This document shows, one piece after another, positions 49,485 to 59,942 of a DNA stretch of 64,000 nucleotides (the stretch's first letter is position 1; each line of letters opens with the position of its first letter). A program made the position numbers and the translations under genes. Where the stretch lies: NCBI GenBank assembly GCA_963677925.2, contig CAXXYH010000004.1, forward strand, positions 2,464,001-2,528,000, read 5' to 3'. The notes beneath the pieces were generated by a model that saw only the letters and a list, made by a program, of their open reading frames with translations, did no database searches and had not been told where the DNA came from. The DNA comes from Spirochaetia bacterium (GTDB lineage: Bacteria; Spirochaetota; Spirochaetia; UBA9216).

Positions 49485-51404
49485 ATGTTTTGGAAAAATC
49501 TAAAAGTCAGAACCAAGATGTATGCCGGCTTTGGACTGGTTCTGCTATTGCTTGGAACCACCGCAGTTTTTGCAATATCAGGAATAATTGAGATAGTCAG
49601 CAACGCAGGGATTGTCATTGAAGGGAATAAACTTGACGGCCTTCTGGCTCAGAAAGAAATTGATCATCTTAACTGGGCGTCTGAAGTAAACGCTCTTCTC
49701 ACTGATGAGAATATTACAGAATTGAATGTCGAACTTGATGATCATAACTGTGCCTTCGGTAAATGGCTTTACGGCTCCGAACGTGAACAGATCGAGGCTT
49801 TTATTCCTGATTTAGCAGCACTTCTGAATCAGATTGAATCTCCTCATAAGGCACTCCATGATTCGGCTGCCGAGATAAAAGAACTTTTCGTTCAGGCAGA
49901 TCAAAGCCTTCCGGCAGTCCTGAGGCAGCGAGAAATTGAGCATCTTAACTGGGCAGCGGCTATTAGAGATTCTCTTCTTGCCGGAGATAGAACGCTGAAT
50001 GTTCAGACTGATCCCGGGCAGTGCGGACTGGGAGTCTGGCTGGCCGGTCCGGAAGCAAAGCATATATATTCAAACGCATCACAGGAATTTAAGGCTGCAT
50101 GGGACAGAATGCTTCTGGTACATGAAAAACTGCATGAATCTGCAATCAACCTTGAACGGCAGATGCAAGTATCAGAAACTGCAGCCCTGAATTATTTTAG
50201 AAATATAACACTTCAGTATCTTCAGCAGACTATTGATGAGCTTCGATTTATGACTGAAGAATCTGAAGCCGCACTTGCAGGAATGCTGTCCGCAAACCGT
50301 GTATACAGTGAAAGTACCAAGCCGGCTTTACATGAGGTTCAGCGAATCCTTTTAGATGTACGGGCAACCGCCAGGGCTAATATCATGACTGATGAGCAGA
50401 TGCTGAAAGCAGCTTCTACCACCAGGTTTTCAGTTATTGTAATCAGTATTATCGCTTTGGTGGTGGGGCTGCTTCTGGCATTTTTCATTTCAAATGGAAT
50501 AACAGCTCCATTAAAGGACGGTATAGTATTTGCCTCCAAGCTTTCGGAGGGGGATCTTTCCTATGCTATGCAGATAAAACAGAACGATGAATGCGGTCAG
50601 CTGGTAGGTTCCCTGATGGCTATGCGGGAAAGTCTGCGTGATATAGTTTCAAATGTAATAACGGCTTCAGAGAATGTTTCATCCGGCAGCAGCCAGCTTT
50701 CCGATACTTCGCTGGTGCTTTCTCAGGGGGCCAGTGAGCAGGCGGCTTCAGCGGAGGAAATCTCGGCTTCCATGGAGCAGATGATCTCAAATATCAGCCA
50801 GAACTCCGATAACGCTTCTCAGACTGCCAGGATATCTGATAAGGCTCTTCGAACAGTAGAAGAGGGTGGAAGCGCCGTAATGCAGACAGTGAAAGCAATG
50901 AACGATATTGCTGAAAAAATAAGCATAATAGAGCAAATTGCTAACCAGACAAACTTATTAAGTCTTAACGCTGCAATAGAAGCCGCAAGAGCGGGTGAGT
51001 ACGGGAAGGGCTTTGCCGTGGTTGCTGCAGAAGTAGGCAAGCTTGCGTCCAGAAGCAAGGAAGCTGCTACAGAGATTTCTGAATTAACCGGTTCAAGCGT
51101 TAAACAGGCAAATGAAACCGGTCAGATTATGCAGGATATTGTTGAACAGATTCAGAAGACTGCAAGTCTTGTTCAGGAAATTGATGCGGCAAGCCGTGAA
51201 CAGCAGACCGGCGCCGAGCAGATAAACGCATCGGTTATGCAGCTTGATTCGGTTGTCCAGCAGAATGCCTCGGCTTCTGAAGAGGCTGCTTCGATGTCTG
51301 AAGAGCTGTCCGCTCAGGCTGTGAAGCTTAAGGAGCTGATAGGATTTTTTAAGCTTGATTCAGGCCGGCTTAAAGCTCCTGAAGATGATTTTGATCAGCT
51401 GTAA
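49485..51404 (+). CDS. Methyl-accepting chemotaxis protein with two CZB domains in the extracytoplasmic region
   Basis: TM1; HLNW..CAFGKW..HKALH and HLNW..CGLGVW..HEKLH; TM2; HAMP; [30 protein letters not shown]. Confidence 0.92.
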   Translation: MFWKNLKVRTKMYAGFGLVLLLLGTTAVFAISGIIEIVSNAGIVIEGNKLDGLLAQKEIDHLNWASEVNALLTDENITELNVELDDHNCAFGKWLYGSEREQIEAFIPDLAALLNQIESPHKALHDSAAEIKELFVQADQSLPAVLRQREIEHLNWAAAIRDSLLAGDRTLNVQTDPGQCGLGVWLAGPEAKHIYSNASQEFKAAWDRMLLVHEKLHESAINLERQMQVSETAALNYFRNITLQYLQQTIDELRFMTEESEAALAGMLSANRVYSESTKPALHEVQRILLDVRATARANIMTDEQMLKAASTTRFSVIVISIIALVVGLLLAFFISNGITAPLKDGIVFASKLSEGDLSYAMQIKQNDECGQLVGSLMAMRESLRDIVSNVITASENVSSGSSQLSDTSLVLSQGASEQAASAEEISASMEQMISNISQNSDNASQTARISDKALRTVEEGGSAVMQTVKAMNDIAEKISIIEQIANQTNLLSLNAAIEAARAGEYGKGFAVVAAEVGKLASRSKEAATEISELTGSSVKQANETGQIMQDIVEQIQKTASLVQEIDAASREQQTGAEQINASVMQLDSVVQQNASASEEAASMSEELSAQAVKLKELIGFFKLDSGRLKAPEDDFDQL

Positions 51405-51489
51405 CCCCTGATCAGGTTGAAACACCAGCGATGCCTGATTTGAAAAAAAATTATATATTATTGTCAATCTTTAGTTCTAATCATATACT

Positions 51490-53337
51490 GTGTCCATAGG
51501 TGGTTTTTCGAAACTTATGGCACTGAATAAGGCAGAAAGGGTATTATTTCTTCTCAAAGGCATAAATCCGGAGGGCAGCGGGCTCTATCAGACTGTAGCC
51601 GCTCTGGGTTACAGTGTTAAAGTCTGCTCGGTTTTCGATGAATCAGAACAGACTGCTGATGCTTTTTCTCCTGATATAATTCTTTATGATAGCGGTTCTG
51701 TCAGCTTAACTGAGGAGCTTATTGAAGTCCTTATCAAACTGTCCAGGAATTCCAGAACTCCGATTGTGCTCCCTGCTTCATATGCTTCTGATGAAAACCT
51801 TTTTAGACTGATAAAAGAAGCTCCATGCAGTTTCATCCCCGCTGAAGCATCTTCTGATTTACTTAATTCCGTAATACAGGCCGCTTTTTATTCATGCAGG
51901 CAGTGCTTCTCTTCAAATACTGTAAAACTTGCAGATGATTTGGGAAAAGCCAGAGCTATGCTGGATGATGTGTTAAATACAATTCCCGTACGTGTTTTCT
52001 GGAAGGATTTGGAAAGTGTTTATCTTGGATGCAACAGGCTTTTCGCCCTGGATTCAGGGAAAGCCAGTCCCGAAGAAATTATAGGACTTACTGATTATGA
52101 TATCCGTGACCGGGAAAGGGCGGGACTTAACCGTGCCGACGATAAGGAAATAATGGCTGCAGGAAAGCCTAAAATCAATTATGAAGAGCCTTTTATAACA
52201 TCTGATGGTGAAAAAAACTGGATTATGACGTCAAAAATCCCCTTAAAAAACCGTGCAGGAAAAATGTACGGAATTCTGGGGACTTATGAGAATATAACAG
52301 AAAGAAAAAAACTGCAGGAAGAATTGATTCTGCAGAGAAACCGTTTATCCGATATTCTTTACGGAAGTCATGTCGGTACCTGGGAATGGAATGTTCAAAC
52401 CGGAATAAATATTGTAAATAAACAATGGGCTGATATTATCGGCTACAGCCTTGATGAATTATATCTGAATGGAAGAGATTCCTGGAAGGATTTTCTGCAT
52501 CCTGATGATTTGATTGATACAGAAAAAGAACTTCAGAAGCATTTTGACGGAGCAACAGAATATTTCGAATCTTACTTTAGAATGCAGCACAAGGATGGAC
52601 ACTGGGTTTGGGTATTATCCAGAGGCCGGGTTTCTTCCAGAACTGCTGATGGATATCCGCTGGTTGTTTCCGGGACTCATCTTGATATGAGTGAGCAGAA
52701 AAAAGCTGAAGAGGAGATTCTGAATCAGCTTAATGAAAAGGAAATGATTTTAAAAGAAACAAATCATCGTATCAAAAATAATTTATCTTCAATAAGCAGT
52801 CTGCTGTCGCTTCAGGCAAATACCGACATTCCGGTCGAAGCCCAGGAAGCACTTCAGGATGCCGGTAATCGTGTTATGAGTATGGAAGTTCTGTATGAAA
52901 ACCTTCTGAATACAGAAGATCATCAGAATACTTCCATTGTTTCGTATTTAAAGGAGCTTGTTGCAGACATAGTCGCGGTTCAGAATATAAACACCGATTT
53001 GGAAATTTTATATGACATTCAAGATACTGCAATCACTCCAAAGAAGCTCTTTCCAATAGGTCTAATCGTAAATGAGTCAATTACAAACATTCTGAAATAT
53101 GCTTTTAAAGATCGCGATTACGGAAAAGTGAAATTGTGTTTATGGCGAAAAGAGGATATTGTTCATCTGGTAATAGAAGATGACGGAATCGGAATGCCGG
53201 ATAAGATTGTTCCCGGAGAAAGCGGAGGTTTCGGCCTGATGCTAATGGATATTCTGATCAGACAAATTGAAGGGGAATATAAAATTGACGGCTCAGATGG
53301 AACAAAAATATCAATTGAAATTAGAGATCCGCAATAA
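51490..53337 (+). CDS. PAS/PAC sensor histidine kinase (HisKA_2 type) with receiver-like N-terminus
   Basis: Two PAS domains (VFWKD..YLGCN; GTWEWN..HPDD), KETNHRIKNNL H-box, NESITNILKYAF, EDDGIG, GFGL. Confidence 0.88.
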   Translation: MSIGGFSKLMALNKAERVLFLLKGINPEGSGLYQTVAALGYSVKVCSVFDESEQTADAFSPDIILYDSGSVSLTEELIEVLIKLSRNSRTPIVLPASYASDENLFRLIKEAPCSFIPAEASSDLLNSVIQAAFYSCRQCFSSNTVKLADDLGKARAMLDDVLNTIPVRVFWKDLESVYLGCNRLFALDSGKASPEEIIGLTDYDIRDRERAGLNRADDKEIMAAGKPKINYEEPFITSDGEKNWIMTSKIPLKNRAGKMYGILGTYENITERKKLQEELILQRNRLSDILYGSHVGTWEWNVQTGINIVNKQWADIIGYSLDELYLNGRDSWKDFLHPDDLIDTEKELQKHFDGATEYFESYFRMQHKDGHWVWVLSRGRVSSRTADGYPLVVSGTHLDMSEQKKAEEEILNQLNEKEMILKETNHRIKNNLSSISSLLSLQANTDIPVEAQEALQDAGNRVMSMEVLYENLLNTEDHQNTSIVSYLKELVADIVAVQNINTDLEILYDIQDTAITPKKLFPIGLIVNESITNILKYAFKDRDYGKVKLCLWRKEDIVHLVIEDDGIGMPDKIVPGESGGFGLMLMDILIRQIEGEYKIDGSDGTKISIEIRDPQ

Positions 53338-53383
53338 TTAAAACCGAATTATTTCATACAAATTAGTAGCAATCGGGTAAGTA

Positions 53384-53399
53384 TTTACATTTATGTAAA
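53384..53399. promoter_or_regulatory. Inverted repeat TTTACATTTATGTAAA (candidate sigma54 UAS)
   Basis: Same TACATTTATGTA core as 12213 and 12244; about 90-100 bp upstream of a -24/-12 element. Confidence 0.65.
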
Positions 53400-53483
53400 A
53401 TTATAATTCAAGACCCATTTTTTCAAATTTAATTAAAATATTATTCTGTAACCAATTATATAAATAATATAGTAAGTTCTGCT

Positions 53484-53500
53484 TTGGTATGATATCTGCT
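53484..53500 (+). promoter_or_regulatory. sigma54 (RpoN) -24/-12 promoter
   Basis: TTGGTATGATATCTGCT: GG at 53486 and GC at 53498 (GG-N10-GC), about 20 bp before the start codon. Confidence 0.65.
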
Positions 53501-53521
53501 TTAAATAAACAGGAGGTTATT

Positions 53522-53839
53522 ATGCCGTTTATTGATGCACAGAACTTTATTAAAGAAATTGCTCCGAATAATGAGATGCGGAGATCCCTTTACGAATTCG
53601 AAAATGCCAGGGCGATTAAAGAGCATATCGAAACACTTGGTTTTAATTTTAAACTTTATGAATTTGAGCAGTCCATCCTTTATCTTAAAACTGAAGCGCC
53701 TAATGAGGAGCAGGCAATCATGCTTGATGAACTTCTATTGTGGTGGAATATGCTTATGTATGACGGCAGTATCACTGAGGAAGTAGATTCCTCTGAGTGT
53801 TCACCGGTTAAATGCGGAACCTGCAGTTCCTGCGGATAG
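53522..53839 (+). CDS. Nif11-like small protein with Cys-rich C-terminus
   Basis: AGGAGG RBS; the N-terminus (AQNFIKEI..NNEMRRSL..LGFNF..EF) resembles Nif11 leader domains; ends CSPVKCGTCSSCG. Confidence 0.65.
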   Translation: MPFIDAQNFIKEIAPNNEMRRSLYEFENARAIKEHIETLGFNFKLYEFEQSILYLKTEAPNEEQAIMLDELLLWWNMLMYDGSITEEVDSSECSPVKCGTCSSCG

Positions 53840-53861
53840 AAGTTCATCCTGAAGATTGTAT

Positions 53862-55100
53862 CTAATACCATAATGTTGAACTTGAATGCTCGTTACGGAA
53901 CTGCTTTGGCGACTGATCGGTAAACTTTTTGAATACTTTTGTAAAATGGCTTTGATCGTAAAAATTAAGTGCTGTTGAAATATCCAGAATTGAAAACTGG
54001 GTAAAAAGAAGCATTCTTTTTGCTTCACTAATCTTCTCCTTCATTATATATTCTGTAACTGAAATTCCAACCTCAGTCTTAAAGGCATTGGAAAGATAGC
54101 TTCCATTAACATCAAGCTGTTCTGAAATTTGGGCAAGAGTCAGTGTTTTATCCATATTTTTTGAAATATAATTCAATGCTCTTGTTACAAGCTTGGAGTA
54201 ATGCATTTTTTTCAGGCTGTTAACCCTGTCTGCAAGGTCGATAAATACTTTATTTGCAAGATCTTCAACATCCTTAATTCTGTTAAGTTCTTCAAGTTTC
54301 TGAATAAAAACATCGGAAATGGCATAGGTTGTTTCAGTTGCCAGACCTCCTTCCATAGCTGCACGGCAGCTGATAGTAATAAAGCATATAACAAGGTTTT
54401 TCCAGCTTCGAAGGGGGTTGTTTTTTGCAAGTACTATATATTCACCGTCAAGGCTGTGAACACTGAGCAACTTTTTTAATTTATCTGTTTCACCATTCTT
54501 GATAAGGCTGTAAAAATGCCGTTCAAAGAAAGAGGAACGATGCAGATAGTTTAGATCCCTGTACTGAATGTTATATTCATTTTCAATTTTTAAATGAAAA
54601 TTCTGCAGCGCACTGTCTGCTGTATTAATTGAATCAAGATCTATTTTTTCTTTATGAAGAATATAGTGAATAAAAATGCCATGCTTAATCAGTTCATGAT
54701 AATTGATAACAGGCAGTAATTTATAATATTTTATTAACAGGGATTTTTCTTTAGCACTCATTCTCCGGTTGATAACTGAATCAATAGACTCATCAATTAC
54801 ATGAGCTATCGAAGGGCCGAGTATCATAAATCCGTTCTGACCATCAGGCAGAGAGACTGTAAGTGCAAGAAAGTTTTCCAGATATTCTGAAGAATAGGTT
54901 CTGGGAAACTCTTCTCTGCTTCTTGAAATGATATCACTGAAAATTGCTTCTCTGTTATCGTTAATCGGATTTTCAATTTCATTGTCAGCAATTTTAAATA
55001 AAGCAAGTCCGTTTTCATCGATTACAAGGATAGGAATCTTAATAACGGAATACAGTATGGCGGAAAAATCCTGAAGTTCGGTATTATTTTGAAGAAGCAT
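53862..55100 (-). CDS. AraC-family regulator with long N-terminal (PocR-like) sensor region
   Basis: LRSWKNLVI..SCRAAMEGGL..SDVFIQ; C-terminal AraC HTH (SYLSNAFKTEVG, FYDQSHFTKVFKK). Confidence 0.9.
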   Translation of the reverse strand: MLLQNNTELQDFSAILYSVIKIPILVIDENGLALFKIADNEIENPINDNREAIFSDIISRSREEFPRTYSSEYLENFLALTVSLPDGQNGFMILGPSIAHVIDESIDSVINRRMSAKEKSLLIKYYKLLPVINYHELIKHGIFIHYILHKEKIDLDSINTADSALQNFHLKIENEYNIQYRDLNYLHRSSFFERHFYSLIKNGETDKLKKLLSVHSLDGEYIVLAKNNPLRSWKNLVICFITISCRAAMEGGLATETTYAISDVFIQKLEELNRIKDVEDLANKVFIDLADRVNSLKKMHYSKLVTRALNYISKNMDKTLTLAQISEQLDVNGSYLSNAFKTEVGISVTEYIMKEKISEAKRMLLFTQFSILDISTALNFYDQSHFTKVFKKFTDQSPKQFRNEHSSSTLWY

Positions 55101-55206
55101 TGTTTTAACTCCCTATATTCCTGTTTAATTTACCAAAAAACAAAAATACATACAAAAACTGTATATGATTATATATATAATATACCACAGTTATCAGGGG
55201 GTAAAT

Positions 55207-56715
55207 ATGCAACATGCAGATGTTGTTTTTAAAGTAGAAAATCTGAATAAATCATTTACTGCAACTAAAGCGGTAATAGACCTCAGTCTTGATCTATATA
55301 AGGGTGAGATAAGAGGACTGATTGGTGAAAACGGATCAGGAAAATCCACTCTTGCATCAATGATTGCAGGAACTCTAAAACCGGACAGCGGCAGGATGTT
55401 TATCAAAAACAGTGAACCATATTCCCCTGCCAGCATGCTTGATGGAAGAGCTGCCGGAATAAGTATTCTTGTTCAGGAAATGGGAACAATAGACGGGCTC
55501 TCTGTAGCAGAGAATATCTTTTTAGGAAAAGAAAAGAATTTTATCAGGAACGGTTTGATAAAAAAAACAGCAATGCTGTCGGAAGCTAAAAAAGTTTTAT
55601 CTTCAATTGATGCTGATGATATAGACCCGGCCTGTTTAATAGATGAGATATCATTTGAGGATCGAAAACTGCTTGAAGTTGCAGTTTCGCTGAATGATAA
55701 TCCCGATATTCTGATACTTGATGAAACAACGACGGCTCTTTCTCAGAAAGGCCGGGATAAAATATACAGTATTATTGAAAAAATGAGGCGGGATGGAAAG
55801 ACTATAATTCTGATTTCCCATGACCTTTTAGAGCTGAAAGAGCAGTGTGATCGCATAACCGTACTCAGGGATGGAAGTCTCGTAAAAACAATTGAAAAAG
55901 ATGAAATATCCGAAGATACGATGAAGCGGCTCATGATCGGCCGTGATCTTACAGATTCATATTACAGAGCCGACAGCGAATGCAATTACAGCGATGAAGT
56001 TGTCCTTTCGGCAGAAAATATAAGTATGGGTTCAGTTCTTCATAATATCTCATTTGATCTGCACAAGGGTGAAATCCTTGGTATAGGCGGACTCACAGAC
56101 TGCGGAATGCATGAGCTGTGCAAGATAGTTTTCGGAGTCATTAAACCTGACTCGGGAAGTGTAAAAGTAACTAAGACCGGCGATATCATAAAGAATGCAG
56201 AGACGGCAATTCAAAATAAAATCGCATATATTCCGAAAAACAGGGAGCAGGAAGCCCTGCTGTTAAGCGGAAGCATAAAGGACAATGTAGTTCTTATGTC
56301 CTATGATAAAATTCGCAGGGGTGCTTATATTTCCAGAAAAAGCGAAAAGGTCCTTGCTCAGAAACAGGCAGATCTCCTTCGAATCAAAATGGTTTCCATC
56401 GAACAGCTTACAATGGCCTTATCAGGCGGAAACAAGCAGAAAGTAGTAATCGGCAGATGGCTCGCAAATGACTCGGAAATCCTGATTATGGACTGTCCGA
56501 CCAGAGGTATTGATGTCGGTGTAAAGGCTTCAATTTATGAATTGATGGACGGCCTTAAAAAAGAAGGAAAATCCATAATTATGGTATCAGAAGAGCTGCC
56601 TGAACTTATCGGAATGTCGGATCGTATTCTCATTTTAAGAGAAGGCCGTATGTCAGCCGTATTTAATCGAAGCGCCGAATTAAGCGAAGAAAAAATAATT
56701 CATGAGATGATTTGA
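55207..56715 (+). CDS. Sugar ABC transporter ATP-binding protein (RbsA/MglA type)
   Basis: GENGSGKSTL, two NBD halves, LSGGNKQKV, DCPTRGIDVG. Confidence 0.93.
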   Translation: MQHADVVFKVENLNKSFTATKAVIDLSLDLYKGEIRGLIGENGSGKSTLASMIAGTLKPDSGRMFIKNSEPYSPASMLDGRAAGISILVQEMGTIDGLSVAENIFLGKEKNFIRNGLIKKTAMLSEAKKVLSSIDADDIDPACLIDEISFEDRKLLEVAVSLNDNPDILILDETTTALSQKGRDKIYSIIEKMRRDGKTIILISHDLLELKEQCDRITVLRDGSLVKTIEKDEISEDTMKRLMIGRDLTDSYYRADSECNYSDEVVLSAENISMGSVLHNISFDLHKGEILGIGGLTDCGMHELCKIVFGVIKPDSGSVKVTKTGDIIKNAETAIQNKIAYIPKNREQEALLLSGSIKDNVVLMSYDKIRRGAYISRKSEKVLAQKQADLLRIKMVSIEQLTMALSGGNKQKVVIGRWLANDSEILIMDCPTRGIDVGVKASIYELMDGLKKEGKSIIMVSEELPELIGMSDRILILREGRMSAVFNRSAELSEEKIIHEMI

Positions 56716-56725
56716 GGTTTGCAGA

Positions 56726-57685
56726 ATGAAATTTAATACCACACAGTTGAAGATCAGAATAAAAAATTCCAATTTCAGAATTCAGAGCATCACCTCTTTT
56801 TTAGGACTTGCCTTTGTTGTAATTTTATTTGCAATTCTTACTCACGGGCTCAGTCTCAGACCTGCAAATATTCAGCGGATACTGCTGCAGTCGATCCTGT
56901 TGATAATCGGAGGAGCAGGGGTTTCATTTACTATTGCACACGGGCATCTTGATTTCGCCATAGGGGGAATTCTGGGAATGTCGGTGGTGCTCGGCGGACT
57001 TGCCGGAAGCATACATCCGCTTCTTACAATTCCTGTAATAATTCTTGCTGCAGTTCTTGGTGAATTACTTGTTGTTTCGACTTCAATATTTCTTGCAATT
57101 CCTTCTTTTATAGTATCACTTGCCATGATGTTTATAACCAAGGGTGTTCTTGTCGGTATTACGCAGACAGTTTCTGTAAGTCTTGATCCGGTGTTCAACA
57201 GCTGGGATTCACAGATATTTTACTTCGTAGTACTGATAGCTGTACTTATAGCGGCTGTTTTTCTGATGGAATTTACAAAAATCGGAAAGTTCAATAAAGC
57301 AATCGGGGCAAATTACACCGCTGCAGAGACTACGGGCATCCCGGTAAACAAGTACAAGGTTCTTGCTTTCATTGTCGCCGGAGCTGCCGTCGGATTGAGT
57401 GCATTTCTTAATTTTGTCAGGGCGGGCGGAGTTTCCGCAACAACAGGTTCCGGATATGAGATTAATGTTCTTATTTCACTTGTCCTCGGCGGCACCTCTC
57501 TGACCGGAGGAACAAGTGTGAAAATAAGGGGCGCTGTAATTGGCTGCCTTATTCTGATGGTGCTTGAGAACGGACTGGTCATACTGGGTGTTCAGCCTGC
57601 AATGATGGGTCTGATAAAGGGTTTGCTGTTTCTTGTAGCAATTGCCCTGGCTTACGATAGAAAATCGGGACAGGTTATTTCCTGA
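56726..57685 (+). CDS. Sugar ABC transporter permease
   Basis: RbsC-like; AIGANYTAAETTGI EAA loop, VLGGTSLTGG. Confidence 0.9.
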   Translation: MKFNTTQLKIRIKNSNFRIQSITSFLGLAFVVILFAILTHGLSLRPANIQRILLQSILLIIGGAGVSFTIAHGHLDFAIGGILGMSVVLGGLAGSIHPLLTIPVIILAAVLGELLVVSTSIFLAIPSFIVSLAMMFITKGVLVGITQTVSVSLDPVFNSWDSQIFYFVVLIAVLIAAVFLMEFTKIGKFNKAIGANYTAAETTGIPVNKYKVLAFIVAGAAVGLSAFLNFVRAGGVSATTGSGYEINVLISLVLGGTSLTGGTSVKIRGAVIGCLILMVLENGLVILGVQPAMMGLIKGLLFLVAIALAYDRKSGQVIS

Positions 57686-57734
57686 TTTCTATATATATAC
57701 CGTGCTTGTGCACAAAATTAAATGGAGGAAAAGG

Positions 57735-58910
57735 ATGAAGATTCAGAAAAAAATCAGCGTAATGCTTCTTGCCGCATTGATTGCTGTAAGTGTCCTTTCA
57801 GGATGTCAGAAAGACCAGTCTTCAGATAAGAGCGCTTCAGCTGAAACTGAAAATGCTGCTGTTGCCAGTGCTCCTGAAATGAAGAAAATTGGTGTAGTAA
57901 TTTGGGGAACCGAGGATGGTCTTGGTTCAGCTGTAAAGAGAATTCTTGAGTATGCCGGTGAGGCTCTCAACATCGAAGTTCGTTTTAAAACCGGTGACTT
58001 TGATACTGAAGCCCAGGTAAAGGCAATGGAGAATTTTGTTGCTGCTGATATGGATGGTATTATCTGTGTGCCTCTTATTGACAGCGGTATACCTAAAATC
58101 TACAAAGTATGTGAAGATGCAAAGATTCCCTATATCCAGGCATTCAGAAGAATTGATGATCCCGCAAATGCTGCTCAGCTTGATAAGGCTCCATACTTTC
58201 TCGGTTACACAGTAGAAGATGAGGAAAAGGCCGGATACGATCTTCTTAAAATACTTGCCGATGCAGGCGGTTCAACAGTTGGATGTATTTACAATGCACC
58301 TGGTTCAAGCTTTGCAGACAGACGAAAGGCCGGTATTGAAAAAGGTCTCTCAGAAAATATAGCAGATAAAATTGCCGAGTTTACTCTTCCGCTTTCACCA
58401 ACAAGTGAAGCCTGGGTTGAAGGAACAAACAACTTCATCAACACCTATCCGGAGCTCAACGGTATCATCATGACATCCGGATCAGTCGGAGGCTCAGAAG
58501 GCGCTATCGCTACAATTATCAGAAATAAGGCAGAAGGTAAAGTTAAAATGGTTACCTTTGATCAGCCCGCTAATGCCAATGAAGCATTTGAGAAAGGCAT
58601 CCTTGTAGGTCTTGCCTCAGGTATATATACAGATGCTCTGTGGTCATTCATTGTTATGGCAAATGAGCTTCAGGGTAATCCGCTGTCTGATAAACCAATC
58701 AAAATTGATTCAAACTACATCTACATTACAAGCATTGAAGATGCACAGAACTACAGCAAGTATGTTGATGGAGAGGGTATTTATCCTTATACAAAGGAAG
58801 AAATCCAGCAGATGACAAAATTCTATAATCCTGATTTTACTGCAGAAGACCTGCAGAGAGTTGCATCAGAATGGACTATGGAAAATGTAATCTCAAAAGC
58901 TCAGAAATAA
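57735..58910 (+). CDS. Sugar ABC substrate-binding lipoprotein
   Basis: Lipobox LSG-C; periplasmic binding protein type-1 pattern; GGAGG RBS before ATG 57735. Confidence 0.88.
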   Translation: MKIQKKISVMLLAALIAVSVLSGCQKDQSSDKSASAETENAAVASAPEMKKIGVVIWGTEDGLGSAVKRILEYAGEALNIEVRFKTGDFDTEAQVKAMENFVAADMDGIICVPLIDSGIPKIYKVCEDAKIPYIQAFRRIDDPANAAQLDKAPYFLGYTVEDEEKAGYDLLKILADAGGSTVGCIYNAPGSSFADRRKAGIEKGLSENIADKIAEFTLPLSPTSEAWVEGTNNFINTYPELNGIIMTSGSVGGSEGAIATIIRNKAEGKVKMVTFDQPANANEAFEKGILVGLASGIYTDALWSFIVMANELQGNPLSDKPIKIDSNYIYITSIEDAQNYSKYVDGEGIYPYTKEEIQQMTKFYNPDFTAEDLQRVASEWTMENVISKAQK

Positions 58911-58921
58911 ATTAAACCAGT

Positions 58922-58949
58922 CCGGGAGGGCTTTGCCTTCCCGGTTTTT
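58922..58949 (+). terminator. Intra-operon hairpin after the binding-protein gene
   Basis: CCGGGAGGGC-TTT-GCCTTCCCGG plus TTTTT; partial terminator or mRNA stabiliser. Confidence 0.7.
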
Positions 58950-58961
58950 CAGGACGGTAAC

Positions 58962-59939
58962 ATGGACAGGTTCTTTCACTTTGGAAAACGAGTATTATTA
59001 AGCATAGCAATCCCTGCAATTTTATTTATCATCGGTCTTATAGTATTTCCGGATCGGGTAGACTTTGATCTGCTCAGGGTTTTATTGATTCAGGCAATTC
59101 CGCCGGCCATTCTTGCATGGGGTGTATGTTTTGAGATTAAGGTTAAAATATGGGATTTTTCCGTCGGTTCAGTGGTGCTCATATCAGGTATTCTGGCTGG
59201 ACAGCTTGCCAATATCCTGAACCTCGGAGTTGCAGGTATAGTGATTTTAAGCCCGTTAATTGGTATGACAGCAGGGCTTCTCACCGGAACAATTTTCAGA
59301 TTGGTAAAAATTCCCTCTATTATAGTATCTGTAGGAATGATGCTCGTTTTTGAAAGTATCAGCGGTTTAATGTTCAAGGGCCAGGGGGTTCTTGTTTCAA
59401 CTGATGTCTATGCGCTTGCAAGTTTTCCAATAAATGTAATCATCGGTATTATCGCTTTTTCCATTGCGTACGTTCTATATAATTTCCGCAGTTTCGGTTA
59501 TCACGTTAAAGCCGTCGGAAATGGAATTTCAATAGCCAGACAGAGCGGCATCAATGTCGACCGGGTCAGGGTGATGTGTTTTGCAACTACAGGCCTTTTT
59601 GCCGGAATGTTCGCATTCATGCAGCTTGGCGGTGCCGGAGTAATTAAAGCCCAGAGCAATATGACTACAATGGGGCTGGTCGTAGATGCAATCATCTGTG
59701 CCTGTATTGCCCTGTCTCTTGAAAAAGTTTCAAATCTTATAATCGGTGTATACATCGGAAGCGTTGTTACCCAGATCATCAAGATAACAGTTCTTATAAG
59801 TGGTTTTCCAAGTATGTTCCAGCAGGTTGTAATCGCCTTCTTTCTGCTTGTGTTTATGGGTATCAGCTCAAGAGCAGACTACCTTCAGAGGTTTTTCGGC
59901 AGGTTCAAATTCGGTTCTGCACAGCAGGCGGTAAAGTAG
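58962..59939 (+). CDS. Sugar ABC transporter permease
   Basis: RbsC-like; WDFSVGS, IPSIIVS, AVGNGISIARQSGI. Confidence 0.88.
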   Translation: MDRFFHFGKRVLLSIAIPAILFIIGLIVFPDRVDFDLLRVLLIQAIPPAILAWGVCFEIKVKIWDFSVGSVVLISGILAGQLANILNLGVAGIVILSPLIGMTAGLLTGTIFRLVKIPSIIVSVGMMLVFESISGLMFKGQGVLVSTDVYALASFPINVIIGIIAFSIAYVLYNFRSFGYHVKAVGNGISIARQSGINVDRVRVMCFATTGLFAGMFAFMQLGGAGVIKAQSNMTTMGLVVDAIICACIALSLEKVSNLIIGVYIGSVVTQIIKITVLISGFPSMFQQVVIAFFLLVFMGISSRADYLQRFFGRFKFGSAQQAVK

Positions 59940-59942
59940 AGT

